Assembly (NCBI GenBank): GCA_036397875.1
Contig: DASWIC010000048.1
Coordinates: 6,920 to 70,919 of the forward strand
Origin: Burkholderiales bacterium
GTDB taxonomy: Bacteria; Pseudomonadota; Gammaproteobacteria; Burkholderiales; SG8-41
Direction: 5' to 3'
DNA: 64,000 bases
In this document: positions 1 through 16,939 of the stretch, one piece after another
How positions within the stretch are numbered: position 1 is the stretch's first letter
Layout of the letters: each line of letters opens with the position of its first letter
Translations under genes and position numbers: made by a program
The notes under the pieces: model-generated
What the model saw: only the letters and a program-made list of their open reading frames with translations
What the model was told of the DNA's origin: nothing
Databases searched by the model: none

Positions 1-106
1 CCCGGATTCGACTAAAATAGAAACATTAAAAGGCGCGATTGTAAAGTCGCGGGGCACCAGTCGGCCGGCATGTCGGTCCTCGTGCGATAATGCTTACGAA
101 TTGCCT

Positions 107-207
107 ACGGCGGGCCTCCCCGCATTGCATGGTAGTGAACCTGGTCAGGTCCGGAAGGAAGCAGCCACAGCTATTCGTTGCAAGTGCCGGGGGTAGGGCT
201 CGCCTCC
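107..207 (+). ncRNA. ffs: Signal recognition particle RNA (4.5S/SRP RNA, small bacterial type); ends approximate
   Basis: Contains the near-invariant SRP domain IV core 'ctggtcaggtccggaaggaagcagcc' (about 140-167). The 5' end 'ggcgggcctcccc' (from 109) pairs with the 3' end 'gggggtagggctcgcc' (to 204), giving one long hairpin. It sits just upstream of dnaX, a common arrangement. Confidence 0.85.
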
Positions 208-310
208 CTATTTGTGGTGGACGGTGGCCGGTGGGCTCTGGTCCGAAGGCTTGCAGGTTCAAAGGTAAAATGCCGGTCACCGTTCACCGCCCACCGATCA
301 CCGGTATCCT

Positions 311-1885
311 GTGACTCAGGTCCTTGCCCGCAAGTGGCGCCCCCGGACGTTTGCCGAGCTGGTCGGGCAGGAGCACGTGGTGCGGGCGCTCGAGAACGCG
401 CTCGCGCAGCAGCGACTGCATCACGCGTATCTCTTCACGGGCACTCGCGGCGTGGGCAAGACCACGCTCGCCCGCATCATCGCCAAGGCGCTCAATTGCG
501 AGACCGGCGTCACCCCGACGCCGTGCGGTCGTTGCGCGGCGTGCACGGAGATCGACGGCGGCCGCTTCGTCGACCTGCTCGAGCTCGACGCCGCTTCCAA
601 CACGCAAGTGGATAACATGCGCGACCTGCTGGAAAACGCGCTCTATGCACCGACCGCGGGCCGTTACAAGGTCTACATCATCGACGAGGTGCACATGTTG
701 TCGCGCAGCGCCTTCAACGCCATGCTGAAGACGCTGGAGGAGCCGCCGCAGCACGTCAAGTTCATCCTCGCCACCACCGACCCCCAGAAGGTCCCGGTTA
801 CCGTGCTGTCGCGCTGCCTGCAGTTCGGTCTCAAGCGCATACCGGAACACGACATCGGGAGCCGTCTGCAGCACATACTGGATGCCGAGGGCATTCGGCA
901 TGAGCCCGCGGCATTGGCGATTCTTGCCCGCGCGGCGCAGGGCAGCATGCGCGATGCGCTGTCGCTCCTCGACCAGGCGATCGCCCACGGCGGCGGAGTC
1001 GTGGCTCAGGATTCCGTGCGCGCGATGCTCGGCGTCGTGGGGCGGGACCATCTGTTCGCGATTCTGCGGGCGCTGGCGGCGCGGGACGGCGCGGCTCTGG
1101 TCGCGGAGGCCGCGCGCATGGCCGAGCACAGCCTGTCGTTCGATGTGGCGTTGCAGGACATCGCCTCGCTCGTGCACCGGCTGGCGCTGGCGCAGGCGGT
1201 GCCCGGGACGGTGAGCGAGGACGATCCGGACCGCGGGACGATCGGCGAGGTCGCTGGCCTTTTCTCCGCGGAGGAGCTCCAGCTGTACTACCAGATTGCG
1301 ATCCAGGGACGGGGCGATCTCGGGCTTGCGCCGGACGAGCACGCGGGCTTTGCCATGGCGCTGCTGAGAATGCTGGCGTTTGCGCCGGAGGGGCAGGGGG
1401 CCGTGGCAGCGGCAACGTCCGTCCTGCCGCCCCGGGAGCGCGCGCCTTCCGCGGCGCCGGTCGCCGGCTCAAAAAAAAACCGCGATGACGGGGACTGGCA
1501 ACAGGTGGTCGACCGCCTGGGGCTGACCGGCATGGCGCGCGTGCTCGCGCAACATTGCGAGCTCGTCGCGCGCAACGCGGCCCGCATCGAGCTGCGGATC
1601 GCGCAGACACACCAGCACCTGCTCGATGGACCCTTCCAGCAGCGGCTGAAAGCGGCGCTGGAGCAGTATTTCGGCGCCCCGCTGAGGCTCTCGATCCAGG
1701 TGGTGCAGGACGCCGGCGGCTCGCCTGCCGCGGTCGCCGATCGTGTCCAGCGGCAGCGGCAGGAGCAGGCGATCGCGGAGATCGAACGGGATCCCTTCGT
1801 GCGCGAGCTGGTGGAGAGCTTCGATGCGCGGGTGAATGAATCCTCGATCAAGCCGACATCTTCAACCAATAATGGCCAGCAGTAG
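311..1885 (+). CDS. dnaX: DNA polymerase III subunit tau (and probably gamma), GTG start
   Basis: N-terminus [20 protein letters not shown], Walker [10 protein letters not shown], Walker B IIDEVHML, Zn module CGRCAAC. Synteny dnaX-ybaB-recR. Confidence 0.95.
   Translation: MTQVLARKWRPRTFAELVGQEHVVRALENALAQQRLHHAYLFTGTRGVGKTTLARIIAKALNCETGVTPTPCGRCAACTEIDGGRFVDLLELDAASNTQVDNMRDLLENALYAPTAGRYKVYIIDEVHMLSRSAFNAMLKTLEEPPQHVKFILATTDPQKVPVTVLSRCLQFGLKRIPEHDIGSRLQHILDAEGIRHEPAALAILARAAQGSMRDALSLLDQAIAHGGGVVAQDSVRAMLGVVGRDHLFAILRALAARDGAALVAEAARMAEHSLSFDVALQDIASLVHRLALAQAVPGTVSEDDPDRGTIGEVAGLFSAEELQLYYQIAIQGRGDLGLAPDEHAGFAMALLRMLAFAPEGQGAVAAATSVLPPRERAPSAAPVAGSKKNRDDGDWQQVVDRLGLTGMARVLAQHCELVARNAARIELRIAQTHQHLLDGPFQQRLKAALEQYFGAPLRLSIQVVQDAGGSPAAVADRVQRQRQEQAIAEIERDPFVRELVESFDARVNESSIKPTSSTNNGQQ
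1471..1488 (+). promoter_or_regulatory. Candidate recoding site in dnaX: A9 tract followed by a -1-frame TGA
   Basis: Nine consecutive A at 1471-1479 in a GC-rich CDS. The -1 frame reads AAA CCG CGA TGA, with the stop at 1486-1488. It lies just after the clamp-loader ATPase domains. Confidence 0.5.
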
Positions 1886-1962
1886 GCGGCAAGCCGACGC
1901 ATGTCGATGATGGCGATGTGCTCGCGCTGCCACAGCTCACCGCTCGCCCCCGGGAGAACAGC

Positions 1963-2286
1963 GTGAAAGGCGGAATCGGCAATCTGATGAAGCAGGCGCA
2001 GCTGATGCAGGACAACATGAAAAAGCTGCAGGGCGAGCTCGCCGTGTCGGAAGTCGAAGGCGCATCCGGTTCCGGCATGGTGAAGATCGTCATGACCGGG
2101 CGCCACGAGGTGAAGCGCGTCACCATCGACCCGCGCCTGCTCGCCGACGACCGGGAGGTGTTGGAAGACCTGGTCGCGGCGGCGGTCAACGACGCCGTCC
2201 GGCGCGTGGACGCGATGACCCAGGAGAAAATGGCGGGCGTCACCGCGGGACTGCCGCTTCCGCCCGGCATGAAGCTTCCGTTCTAG
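1963..2286 (+). CDS. ybaB: Nucleoid-associated protein YbaB/EbfC (GTG start chosen inside the longer track ORF 1918..2286)
   Basis: [26 protein letters not shown] is the typical family N-terminus. About 107 aa. Lies between dnaX and recR. Confidence 0.88.
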   Translation: MKGGIGNLMKQAQLMQDNMKKLQGELAVSEVEGASGSGMVKIVMTGRHEVKRVTIDPRLLADDREVLEDLVAAAVNDAVRRVDAMTQEKMAGVTAGLPLPPGMKLPF

Positions 2287-2303
2287 TCCGCCTTCCTCCT
2301 TCG

Positions 2304-2900
2304 ATGAAGACGCCATCCTCGCTCAACGAGCTGATCGCGGCATTGCGCTGCCTGCCGGGCATGGGACCCAAGTCGGCGCAGCGCACGGCGTTTCACCTGT
2401 TGCAGCGCGACCAGACAGGGGCGGCGCGGCTGGCAGCGGCGCTCACCCAGGCCCTCGCGAAAATCCGCCAGTGCGAGCAGTGCAACAACTACGCCGAGGC
2501 CGCCGTGTGCGAGCTGTGCAGCTCGCCGCGGCGCGATGCGTCACTGCTATGCGTGGTGGAGTCGCCCGGCGATCTGCTCATGCTGGAGCAGGCGCAGTGC
2601 TTTGAGGGAAAGTATTTCGTATTGATGGGCGCGCTGTCGCCGCTCGACGGGATCGGCCCGAAAGAGATCCAGTTCGACCGGCTGATCCGGCGGGCGACGG
2701 ACGGATCGGTGCGCGAGGTGATACTCGCCACCAACTTCACGGTGGAAGGCGAAGCGACGGCGCATTATCTGGGCGAGGCCCTGCGGGCCCGGGGTCTTGC
2801 CGTGAGCCGCATCGCCCGCGGCCTTCCGGTCGGAGGGGAGCTCGAGCACGTCGACAGCGGCACGCTGGCGCAGGCGGTGCTCGAGCGCCGCGAGGTCTAG
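2304..2900 (+). CDS. recR: Recombination protein RecR
   Basis: Zinc finger [16 protein letters not shown], Toprim region VVESPGDL, 198 aa, conserved synteny. Confidence 0.95.
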   Translation: MKTPSSLNELIAALRCLPGMGPKSAQRTAFHLLQRDQTGAARLAAALTQALAKIRQCEQCNNYAEAAVCELCSSPRRDASLLCVVESPGDLLMLEQAQCFEGKYFVLMGALSPLDGIGPKEIQFDRLIRRATDGSVREVILATNFTVEGEATAHYLGEALRARGLAVSRIARGLPVGGELEHVDSGTLAQAVLERREV

Positions 2901-2987
2901 AATCTCGACGCAATGACGCAAAGAAGACACTGAAACAAATATCCGGGAGTCCTTTGCGTCTTTCTTCTTCCTTTGCGTCAGGATTCT
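2899..2987. repeat. Imperfect palindrome of about 90 nt filling the recR-rluB spacer; arms contain repeated unit gacgcaaag
   Basis: Left arm: agaatc..gacgcaa tgacgcaaag aaga. Right arm: tcttcttc ctttgcgtca ggattct, plus an extra cctttgcgtc copy. The recR stop TAG (2898-2900) overlaps the left arm. Confidence 0.6.
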
Positions 2988-2991
2988 GAAC

Positions 2992-3867
2992 GTGAATGTC
3001 GGGCGATCTAGGCGCGACGAAGGCGCGACCTTCAAGCTGCAGAAAGTGCTCGCACAGGCCGGCCTCGGGTCGCGCCGGGCGATGGAGGAGCTGGTGCGGG
3101 CGGGCCGCGTCACGGTGAACGGTGTACCGGCCCATATTGGCGCGCGCGTGGCAGCGGGGGATGTGCTTCGAGTCGACAATCGCGTGGTGGCCGGGGTTGA
3201 GCGCGGCCACGCGCCCCGGGTGCTGCTCTATCACAAGCCGGAGGGCGAGATCGTCACCCGCGACGACCCGGCCGGGCGCGCGAGCGTGTTCGAGCGGCTG
3301 CCGCCGGTGCGGGGCGCGAAGTGGCTGGCGGTGGGCCGGCTCGACTACAACACTTCCGGCTTGTTGATCCTCACCAGCGACGGTGACCTGGCGAACCGCA
3401 TGATGCACCCGCGCTACGGGCTCGAGCGCGAGTATGCGGTGCGCGTGCGTGGAAAGCTCACGGAGGAGCAGTCCTCACGATTGCGCGCCGGCATCGACCT
3501 GGGTGACGGGAAGGCGCAATGCGAGTCCGTCGAGGACGGCGGCGGGGAGGGCGCGAACCACTGGTACCGCATCGTCATCCGCGAAGGCCGCGACCGCGTG
3601 GTGCGCCGGCTGTTCGAGGCGCTGGGGCTCGCCGTGAGCCGGCTGATGCGCGTGCGCTTCGGCCCCGTCGCGCTGCCGCCACGGCTGAAGCGCGGACAAT
3701 ACGTCGAGCTGCCGCCGCGCGAAGTGCGCCAGCTGCTCTCCACGCTGGACCTGCCGGCCGACGCGCGACCGGCAGGCGCAAATCGCGCTCCTGGAGACCG
3801 CGTTACGGCAACTCCCCGCGCTCGACGAGAAACACGGAATCGCCCGCGGCCGTTTCGGGCCAGGTGA
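2992..3867 (+). CDS. rluB: 23S rRNA pseudouridine synthase, RsuA/RluB family (S4 domain plus catalytic domain, basic C-terminal tail)
   Basis: S4 motif KLQKVLAQAGLGSRRAMEELVRAGRVTVNG, catalytic VGRLDYNTSGLLILTSDG, Arg-rich tail typical of RluB. Confidence 0.8.
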   Translation: MNVGRSRRDEGATFKLQKVLAQAGLGSRRAMEELVRAGRVTVNGVPAHIGARVAAGDVLRVDNRVVAGVERGHAPRVLLYHKPEGEIVTRDDPAGRASVFERLPPVRGAKWLAVGRLDYNTSGLLILTSDGDLANRMMHPRYGLEREYAVRVRGKLTEEQSSRLRAGIDLGDGKAQCESVEDGGGEGANHWYRIVIREGRDRVVRRLFEALGLAVSRLMRVRFGPVALPPRLKRGQYVELPPREVRQLLSTLDLPADARPAGANRAPGDRVTATPRARRETRNRPRPFRAR

Positions 3868-4702
3868 ACGGTACGCCGGGAAACGCCCGCTCGAGGCGCC
3901 GGCGGCCGCTACCGACTTCGACCACCAGAATGCCTCCGGGACGCAGGTGGGCAGACGCCTCCAGCACGATTTTGCGCACCGCATCCAGACCGTCGCGGCC
4001 GCCGGCAAGCGCCAGGCGCGGTTCATGCCGGTATTCACGCGGCAGGCGTCGCATCGCGGACGCGGTGACGTAAGGGGGGTTCGCGACGATCAGGTCGTAA
4101 CGGTTTTCGCGGAGCGCGGAAAACAGGTCGGATCTGAGGAGGCGGATGCGGCGCCCCAGCCGGTAACGCCGCACATTGACCCGCGCCACTGCGAGCGCTT
4201 TCAATGAGACGTCAGTGGCATCGATTCTGGACCAGGGGAAGCCGCGCGCGAGCAGTATCGCGAGACACCCCGATCCGGTGCCGAGATCGAGTATCGACCT
4301 GACCGCCCGGCGGTCGGATATCCAGGGAGCGAGGTTCGCGCGCAGCAATCCCGCGATATGCGAGCGCGGGACGACGACGCGCTCGTCCACGTAAAAGCGA
4401 AATTCACCGAGCCATGCCTCGCGTGTCAGGTAGGCTGCGGGCTTGCGGCCGCGGATGCGGCGTTCGAACAGGGCGAGGATGCGCCGCGCTACGCCCGGCC
4501 GAACCGGCCGACCGAAGACGCTTATCCCGGTATCGGGAGGCAGGCCCAGCGCGTGCAGCACGAGCCACGCCGCCTCATCGCGGGCATTTTCGGTGCCGTG
4601 GCCAAACGCGAGGCCGGCCTGGCGGAAGCGGCGGGCGCCGTAGCGCACCAACGCGCCGACGGTGCGCAGCGACTGTGCCGCCGACGCTTCAGTCTTGAAC
4701 AC
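3803..4702 (-). CDS. prmB: Ribosomal protein L3 glutamine N5-methyltransferase (HemK/PrmB family), GTG start
   Basis: SAM-binding LDLGTGSGCLAI, catalytic VANPPYV, about 300 aa, N-terminal domain typical of PrmB rather than PrmC. Confidence 0.8.
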   Translation of the reverse strand: MFKTEASAAQSLRTVGALVRYGARRFRQAGLAFGHGTENARDEAAWLVLHALGLPPDTGISVFGRPVRPGVARRILALFERRIRGRKPAAYLTREAWLGEFRFYVDERVVVPRSHIAGLLRANLAPWISDRRAVRSILDLGTGSGCLAILLARGFPWSRIDATDVSLKALAVARVNVRRYRLGRRIRLLRSDLFSALRENRYDLIVANPPYVTASAMRRLPREYRHEPRLALAGGRDGLDAVRKIVLEASAHLRPGGILVVEVGSGRRRLERAFPGVPFTWPETAAGDSVFLVERGELP

Positions 4703-4714
4703 GCAACACGGGGT

Positions 4715-5866
4715 CTAGCCGAGGGCGTCGAGGTTGAGCTTGATGCTGGTGATGTCGTCGCCCGGCTGCTTGCCGGTCGTGAGCTGGGCTGCGTCCACTT
4801 CCGCGCCTTTCGGCGCGTTCGTGAGCAACCAGTGCAGGTTGGTGGGTGAATCGGAATTGGCCATGGCCTCGTCGATCGCCACCTTGCCGCTCGTGATCAG
4901 GAAATAGAGCGCCTGCTCGAAGGATTGCGAGCCGGGCGCGAGGCTGCGCTCGAGGGCCTCCTTGATCTGGCCGATCTCGCCGGTCTTGATCAGGTCCTGG
5001 ATGTGCTTGGTGTTGAGCAGGACTTCCATGGCGGGGATGCGGCTGCCGTCCACGGTGCGCACCAGGCGCTGGGAGATGACCGCCCGCAGCGAGAGGGCAA
5101 GGTCCGCGAGCAGCGCCTCGCGCGCCTCGCGCGGAAAGAAGCTGATGATGCGGTTCAGCGCGTTGTAGCTGTTGTTGGCGTGGAGCGTGGACAGGCACAA
5201 GTGGCCGGTCTGGGCGAACAGCAGCGCCGTCTGCAACGTCGATCGGTCGCGGATCTCGCCGAGCATCAGCAGGTCCGGCGCCTCGCGCATGGCGTTGATC
5301 AGGGCGCTTTCGTAGGACTGCGTGTCCACCCGCACTTCGCGCTGGTTGACGAGGGATTTCTTGTGCCGGAACACGAACTCGATCGGGTCCTCGATGGTGA
5401 GAATGTGGCCGGACTTGATCCCGTTGCGGTAATCGATCATGGACGCCATCGTGGTGGATTTCCCCGACCCGGTCGAGCCGACCACGAGGATCAGCCCGAG
5501 CTTTTCCATGATGATTTCCTTCAGGATCGGCGGCAGGCCCAGGCTCTCGATCGCCGGCACCTCCGGCTGTATGAAGCGAATCACCATCGCCACCGTGTTC
5601 TTCTGGCGGAAGATGTTGACGCGGAAATTGCCGAGCTCGCCCCCGCTTTGCGCGAAATTCATCTCATGCGTGGACTCGAACTCCTTGACCTGGAACTCGT
5701 TCATCAGCTCGTAGCAGATGCGCTTGACCTGCTCGGGATCGAGCACCTGGCCGTTCACGGGCATGATTACGCCGTTGATCTTGATCTGGATCGGCGCCCC
5801 GGCACTGAAAAACAGGTCGGAGGCCTGCTTGTCAGACATGAGCTTCAAGAGCGGCGTCACGAACAT
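4715..5866 (-). CDS. pilU: PilT/PilU-family type IV pilus retraction ATPase (PilU-like). Start uncertain: ATGs at 5866, 5878 and 5890; the track ORF to 6031 is over-extended.
   Basis: Walker A GSTGSGKST, Walker B LMLGEIRD, His box TGHLCLSTLHANN. N-terminus MFVTPLLKLMSDKQASDLFFSAG resembles the PilU N-terminus as I recall it. An AAGGAG sequence lies upstream. Confidence 0.8.
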   Translation of the reverse strand: MFVTPLLKLMSDKQASDLFFSAGAPIQIKINGVIMPVNGQVLDPEQVKRICYELMNEFQVKEFESTHEMNFAQSGGELGNFRVNIFRQKNTVAMVIRFIQPEVPAIESLGLPPILKEIIMEKLGLILVVGSTGSGKSTTMASMIDYRNGIKSGHILTIEDPIEFVFRHKKSLVNQREVRVDTQSYESALINAMREAPDLLMLGEIRDRSTLQTALLFAQTGHLCLSTLHANNSYNALNRIISFFPREAREALLADLALSLRAVISQRLVRTVDGSRIPAMEVLLNTKHIQDLIKTGEIGQIKEALERSLAPGSQSFEQALYFLITSGKVAIDEAMANSDSPTNLHWLLTNAPKGAEVDAAQLTTGKQPGDDITSIKLNLDALG

Positions 5867-6106
5867 GACCGTCACCATACTCCTTTTCATTCGCTGGATC
5901 AGCCAGTTATCCCCGCAGTGCAGGCCGGATACCCGATCCGCAGGATGCTGCCGATTCGCCCTGCTATTCTGCCAACTCCCCGCGGCGTTGACTAGGCATT
6001 TGTCGCCGGTTGCGCGGTGATTCCACACCACGATTTTTGCAACCCGCGCGGGTCGCGGGCCGGCGCCACCGCGGCATTTCGAGATGGGAGATTATTTGAA
6101 GCGGCA

Positions 6107-6928
6107 CTAGTCGCCGCGCAGGAGCTCGTTGATGCTGGTCTTGGCGCGGGTCCGCGCGTCGACCTGCTTGACGATGACGGCGCAATACAGGCTGCAGCGC
6201 CCGTCGGCGGCGGGCAGGCTCCCGGGAACGACCACGGAACCCGCGGGCACCCGGCCGTAGAGAATTTCCCCGGACTGGCGGTGGAAGATGCGGGTGCTGG
6301 CCCCGATGAACACCCCCATCGAGATGACGCATCCTGTCTCGACCACGACGCCTTCAACGATTTCAGAGCGCGCGCCGATGAAGCAGCCGTCCTCGATGAT
6401 GGTGGGTCCCGCCTGCAGCGGCTCCAGCACGCCGCCGATCCCGACGCCGCCCGAGAGATGCACGTTCTTGCCGATTTGCGCGCAGGACCCGACTGTGGCC
6501 CAGGTGTCCACCATGGTGCCTTCGTCCACGTAGGCGCCGATATTGACGAAGCAGGGCATCAGCACGACGTTGCGGGCGATGTAGGCACCCCTGCGCACCG
6601 CGGCCGGCGGCACGACGCGAAAGCCGCCCCGCCCGAATGTCCGCGCGGTGTAGCCGGCGAATTTCGACGGGACCTTGTCGAAGTAGCGGGCGTTGCCGCC
6701 CCGCATGACAACGTTGTCCTGGAGCCGGAACGACAGCAGTACCGCCTTCTTGATCCATTGGTGCGTAACCCACTCGCCCCGGATCTTCTCCGCAACGCGC
6801 AGGCGGCCCTCGTCGAGCCCCGCCAGCGTCCGCGCGACGGCGCGCTTCAGCGCCGCGCCCGCCGTGCGCGGTCCGATCTCGGCGCGGCCTTCCCACGCGT
6901 GCTCGATGAGGGCTTGCAAGTCGCTCAT
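6107..6928 (-). CDS. dapD: 2,3,4,5-tetrahydropyridine-2,6-dicarboxylate N-succinyltransferase
   Basis: 273 aa, hexapeptide-repeat body, typical DapD N-terminus [13 protein letters not shown]. Confidence 0.9.
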   Translation of the reverse strand: MSDLQALIEHAWEGRAEIGPRTAGAALKRAVARTLAGLDEGRLRVAEKIRGEWVTHQWIKKAVLLSFRLQDNVVMRGGNARYFDKVPSKFAGYTARTFGRGGFRVVPPAAVRRGAYIARNVVLMPCFVNIGAYVDEGTMVDTWATVGSCAQIGKNVHLSGGVGIGGVLEPLQAGPTIIEDGCFIGARSEIVEGVVVETGCVISMGVFIGASTRIFHRQSGEILYGRVPAGSVVVPGSLPAADGRCSLYCAVIVKQVDARTRAKTSINELLRGD

Positions 6929-7026
6929 GCGGTGAATTCTAGCGCAGGCTCACAGCGTTTCGACGGAAGTGCGGATGCGGCTTAGCGCGCAAGGTAGGTG
7001 CCGGGCCGCGGATTCGAGCCGCGCGA

Positions 7027-7446
7027 TCAGCCGCGGGTACTGGTACCCGCAGGCAGGCTGGAAAGTTCCACCGCCAGGGGAGGGATCCAGTCCGGCTCCC
7101 GGTGCTCGGCGACGACCGTCGTGAAGATGCCGCCCCGGACATAGAACTTCGCGGTGAGCCGCATGAAGCGCGGGCGCGTGACGCGCGCGAGGTCATCGAG
7201 GATGCGGTTTGTCACCGCTTCGTGGAACACGCCCCGGTTGCGGTAGGACCAAACGTAGAGTTTGAGGCTTTTCAGCTCAACGCAGCGAGCGGCCGGCACG
7301 TAATCGAGCACGAGCGTCGCGAAGTCGGGTTGGCCTGTGCGCGGGCACAGGCAGGTAAACTCCGGTATTTCAATGTGAATCCGGTAGTCGCGCGCGCGAC
7401 GGGGGTTGGGGAAGGTCGTGAGCCTCGTGCTCGGCGTTCTCGGCAT
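7027..7446 (-). CDS. queF: NADPH-dependent 7-cyano-7-deazaguanine (preQ0) reductase, type I
   Basis: Catalytic Cys context [17 protein letters not shown] and QueF motif [13 protein letters not shown]; 139 aa. Confidence 0.9.
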   Translation of the reverse strand: MPRTPSTRLTTFPNPRRARDYRIHIEIPEFTCLCPRTGQPDFATLVLDYVPAARCVELKSLKLYVWSYRNRGVFHEAVTNRILDDLARVTRPRFMRLTAKFYVRGGIFTTVVAEHREPDWIPPLAVELSSLPAGTSTRG

Positions 7447-7524
7447 TATCGCGGCGGCCCAAATCCGTTAGAATGTTCTTCCCAAATAGCCTGCGGATTA
7501 TAACCTCGACCCCAGAAGCCTCCA

Positions 7525-11049
<3,525 letters not shown>

Positions 11050-11071
11050 CGCCGCCCCGGGGATTTGGCCC

Positions 11072-15053
<3,982 letters not shown>

Positions 15054-15098
15054 GGCGCGCGAGCGATGAACGACCGCGTCGTCACTTTCACGGTTTGA

Positions 15099-15656
15099 GT
15101 GGTATTCCCCCCCGATAAAGCGCGGCGCACGCTTGAGACCGCGGATCTCATGGTTTCCGCCACGGCGGTTTCCGCGGCGGTGGCGCGCGTGGCACGCGAG
15201 ATCTCGGACGCGCTCGCCGGCAGTTTTCCGCTGGTGCTGTGCGTGATGCGGGGCGCCGTCGTCTTCGCCGGACAGCTGCTGCCGCAGTTGCGGTTTCCGC
15301 TCGAGTTCGATTATCTCGACCTGACGCGCTACGGCGATGCGACCCGGGGCGGCGAGATCACCTGGCGCGTGACGCCCGCGGCCGCGGTCGCGGGGCGCAC
15401 AGTGCTGGTGCTCGACGACATCCTCGACCACGGGAGCACGCTCGTGGCGGTGCGCGAGAAGCTGCTGGCGGCGGGGGCGAGCCGCGTCTACTACGCGGTG
15501 CTGACCGAGAAGGACATCGGCCATGCGAAGCCGGTACAGGCCGATTTCGTCGGGCTGCGCCTGCCCGACCGTTACGTGTTCGGGTGCGGCATGGACGTCG
15601 GCGGCGTGTGGCGCAACCTGCCCGAAATCTACGCCCTCAAGGACGGTAGCGAGTAA
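15099..15656 (+). CDS. Hypoxanthine/guanine phosphoribosyltransferase family protein (GTG start, uncertain)
   Basis: PRPP-binding motif VLVLDDILDHGSTL, 185 aa, type I PRTase fold pattern. Confidence 0.75.
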   Translation: MVFPPDKARRTLETADLMVSATAVSAAVARVAREISDALAGSFPLVLCVMRGAVVFAGQLLPQLRFPLEFDYLDLTRYGDATRGGEITWRVTPAAAVAGRTVLVLDDILDHGSTLVAVREKLLAAGASRVYYAVLTEKDIGHAKPVQADFVGLRLPDRYVFGCGMDVGGVWRNLPEIYALKDGSE

Positions 15657-15669
15657 TGGGTAATACGCG

Positions 15670-16416
15670 ATGTTGGGAATCATCGGCGGCAGCGGTCTGA
15701 GCCAGCTCGAAAGCCTGGCGGTGAAGCGGCGCCGGTCCGTGCGCACCCCCTATGGAAAGCCCTCCGGCGCACTCGCCTTCGGAACCCTCCACGGCCGAAA
15801 CGTGGTGTTCCTGCCGCGTCACGGTCCCGCGCATACCATTCCCCCGCACGAAGTGAATTATTGCGCCAACATCTGGGCGCTTCATGCGCACGGCGTCAGG
15901 AACGTGGTGGCGGTAGCAGCGGTGGGCGGCATCCGCGCGGACCTCGGTCCGGGCGCGCTCGCCGTTCCCGATCAGATCATCGACTATACCCATGGCCGCC
16001 GCGCGACCTTCTTCAAGCGCGGGACCCGTCCGGTCACGCACATCGACTTCACGCGCCCTTATTGCGAATCGATGCGCCAGCGGCTTCTGAAGGCCGCGCA
16101 CGCGGCGGGGGAAACGGTGGCTGCGGAAGGCACTTACGCCGCCACGCAGGGACCACGGCTCGAGACCGCGGCGGAAATCAGCCGCCTGGAGCGCGACGGA
16201 GCCCACTTCGTGGGCATGACCGGCATGCCGGAGGCCGCACTCGCGCGGGAAATCGGGCTCTGCTACGCGGTGATCGCGGTCGTTGTCAACCACGCGGCCG
16301 GACGCGGCGCGAGCGCGCGGGAAATCCGCCTCGAGGATTTCCACCGGGTGCTGGAAAAATCCATGAAGCGCGTGTGCGCGATCCTCGAACAACTGGTGAT
16401 GCTCGATGGCGATTAG
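15670..16416 (+). CDS. mtnP: S-methyl-5'-thioadenosine / 5'-methylthioinosine phosphorylase (PNP family 2)
   Basis: [11 protein letters not shown]-terminus, FLPRHG motif, MTGMPEA motif; 248 aa. Confidence 0.82.
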   Translation: MLGIIGGSGLSQLESLAVKRRRSVRTPYGKPSGALAFGTLHGRNVVFLPRHGPAHTIPPHEVNYCANIWALHAHGVRNVVAVAAVGGIRADLGPGALAVPDQIIDYTHGRRATFFKRGTRPVTHIDFTRPYCESMRQRLLKAAHAAGETVAAEGTYAATQGPRLETAAEISRLERDGAHFVGMTGMPEAALAREIGLCYAVIAVVVNHAAGRGASAREIRLEDFHRVLEKSMKRVCAILEQLVMLDGD

Positions 16417-16939
16417 GACCGTACTGCGCATGGGGGACCCGCGCCTGCTCGCACCGGCGCGGCCGGTGGAGCGCGTCGACACGCCGGAGCTCCACGCGTT
16501 GATCGCGGATATGGACGACACCATGAAGGCGCTCAACGGGGCGGGACTGGCGGCGCCGCAAATCGGCGTGGGGCTGCAGGTGGCGATCTTCGGGGTGGAG
16601 TCGAATCCGCGCTATCCCGACGCCGATCCGGTCCCCTACACCGTGCTGATCAACCCCGTGCTGGTGCCGATCGGATCGGAAATGGAGGAGGGGTGGGAGG
16701 GATGCCTGAGCGTTCCCGGCATGCGGGGGCTGGTCCCCCGCTACCGCAATCTGCGTTACCGGGGCCGCGACGCATACGGCCGCCCCATCGACCGCACGGT
16801 GACCGGTTTCCATGCCCGGGTCGTGCAGCACGAGTGCGACCACCTCGCGGGCATCCTTTATCCGATGCGCATTCGCGACCTGCGTAACTTCGGGTTCAAC
16901 GAGGAATTGTTTCCCGGCCAGGACCTGCAGGACGAATGA
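16406..16939 (+). CDS. def: Peptide deformylase (stand-alone paralogue, not next to fmt)
   Basis: Motifs [25 protein letters not shown]; 177 aa. Confidence 0.9.
   Translation: MAIRTVLRMGDPRLLAPARPVERVDTPELHALIADMDDTMKALNGAGLAAPQIGVGLQVAIFGVESNPRYPDADPVPYTVLINPVLVPIGSEMEEGWEGCLSVPGMRGLVPRYRNLRYRGRDAYGRPIDRTVTGFHARVVQHECDHLAGILYPMRIRDLRNFGFNEELFPGQDLQDE

Noticed and set aside
7447-7524. Checked the queF 5' leader for a preQ1 riboswitch, and the queF-smc divergent region in general.
   Set aside because: On the minus strand there is a good TATAAT (complement of 7497-7502), but the leader of about 50 nt lacks the small hairpin plus A-rich tail (…CCCUC…AAAAAACUA-like) that I associate with preQ1-I/II aptamers. 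No riboswitch is claimed.
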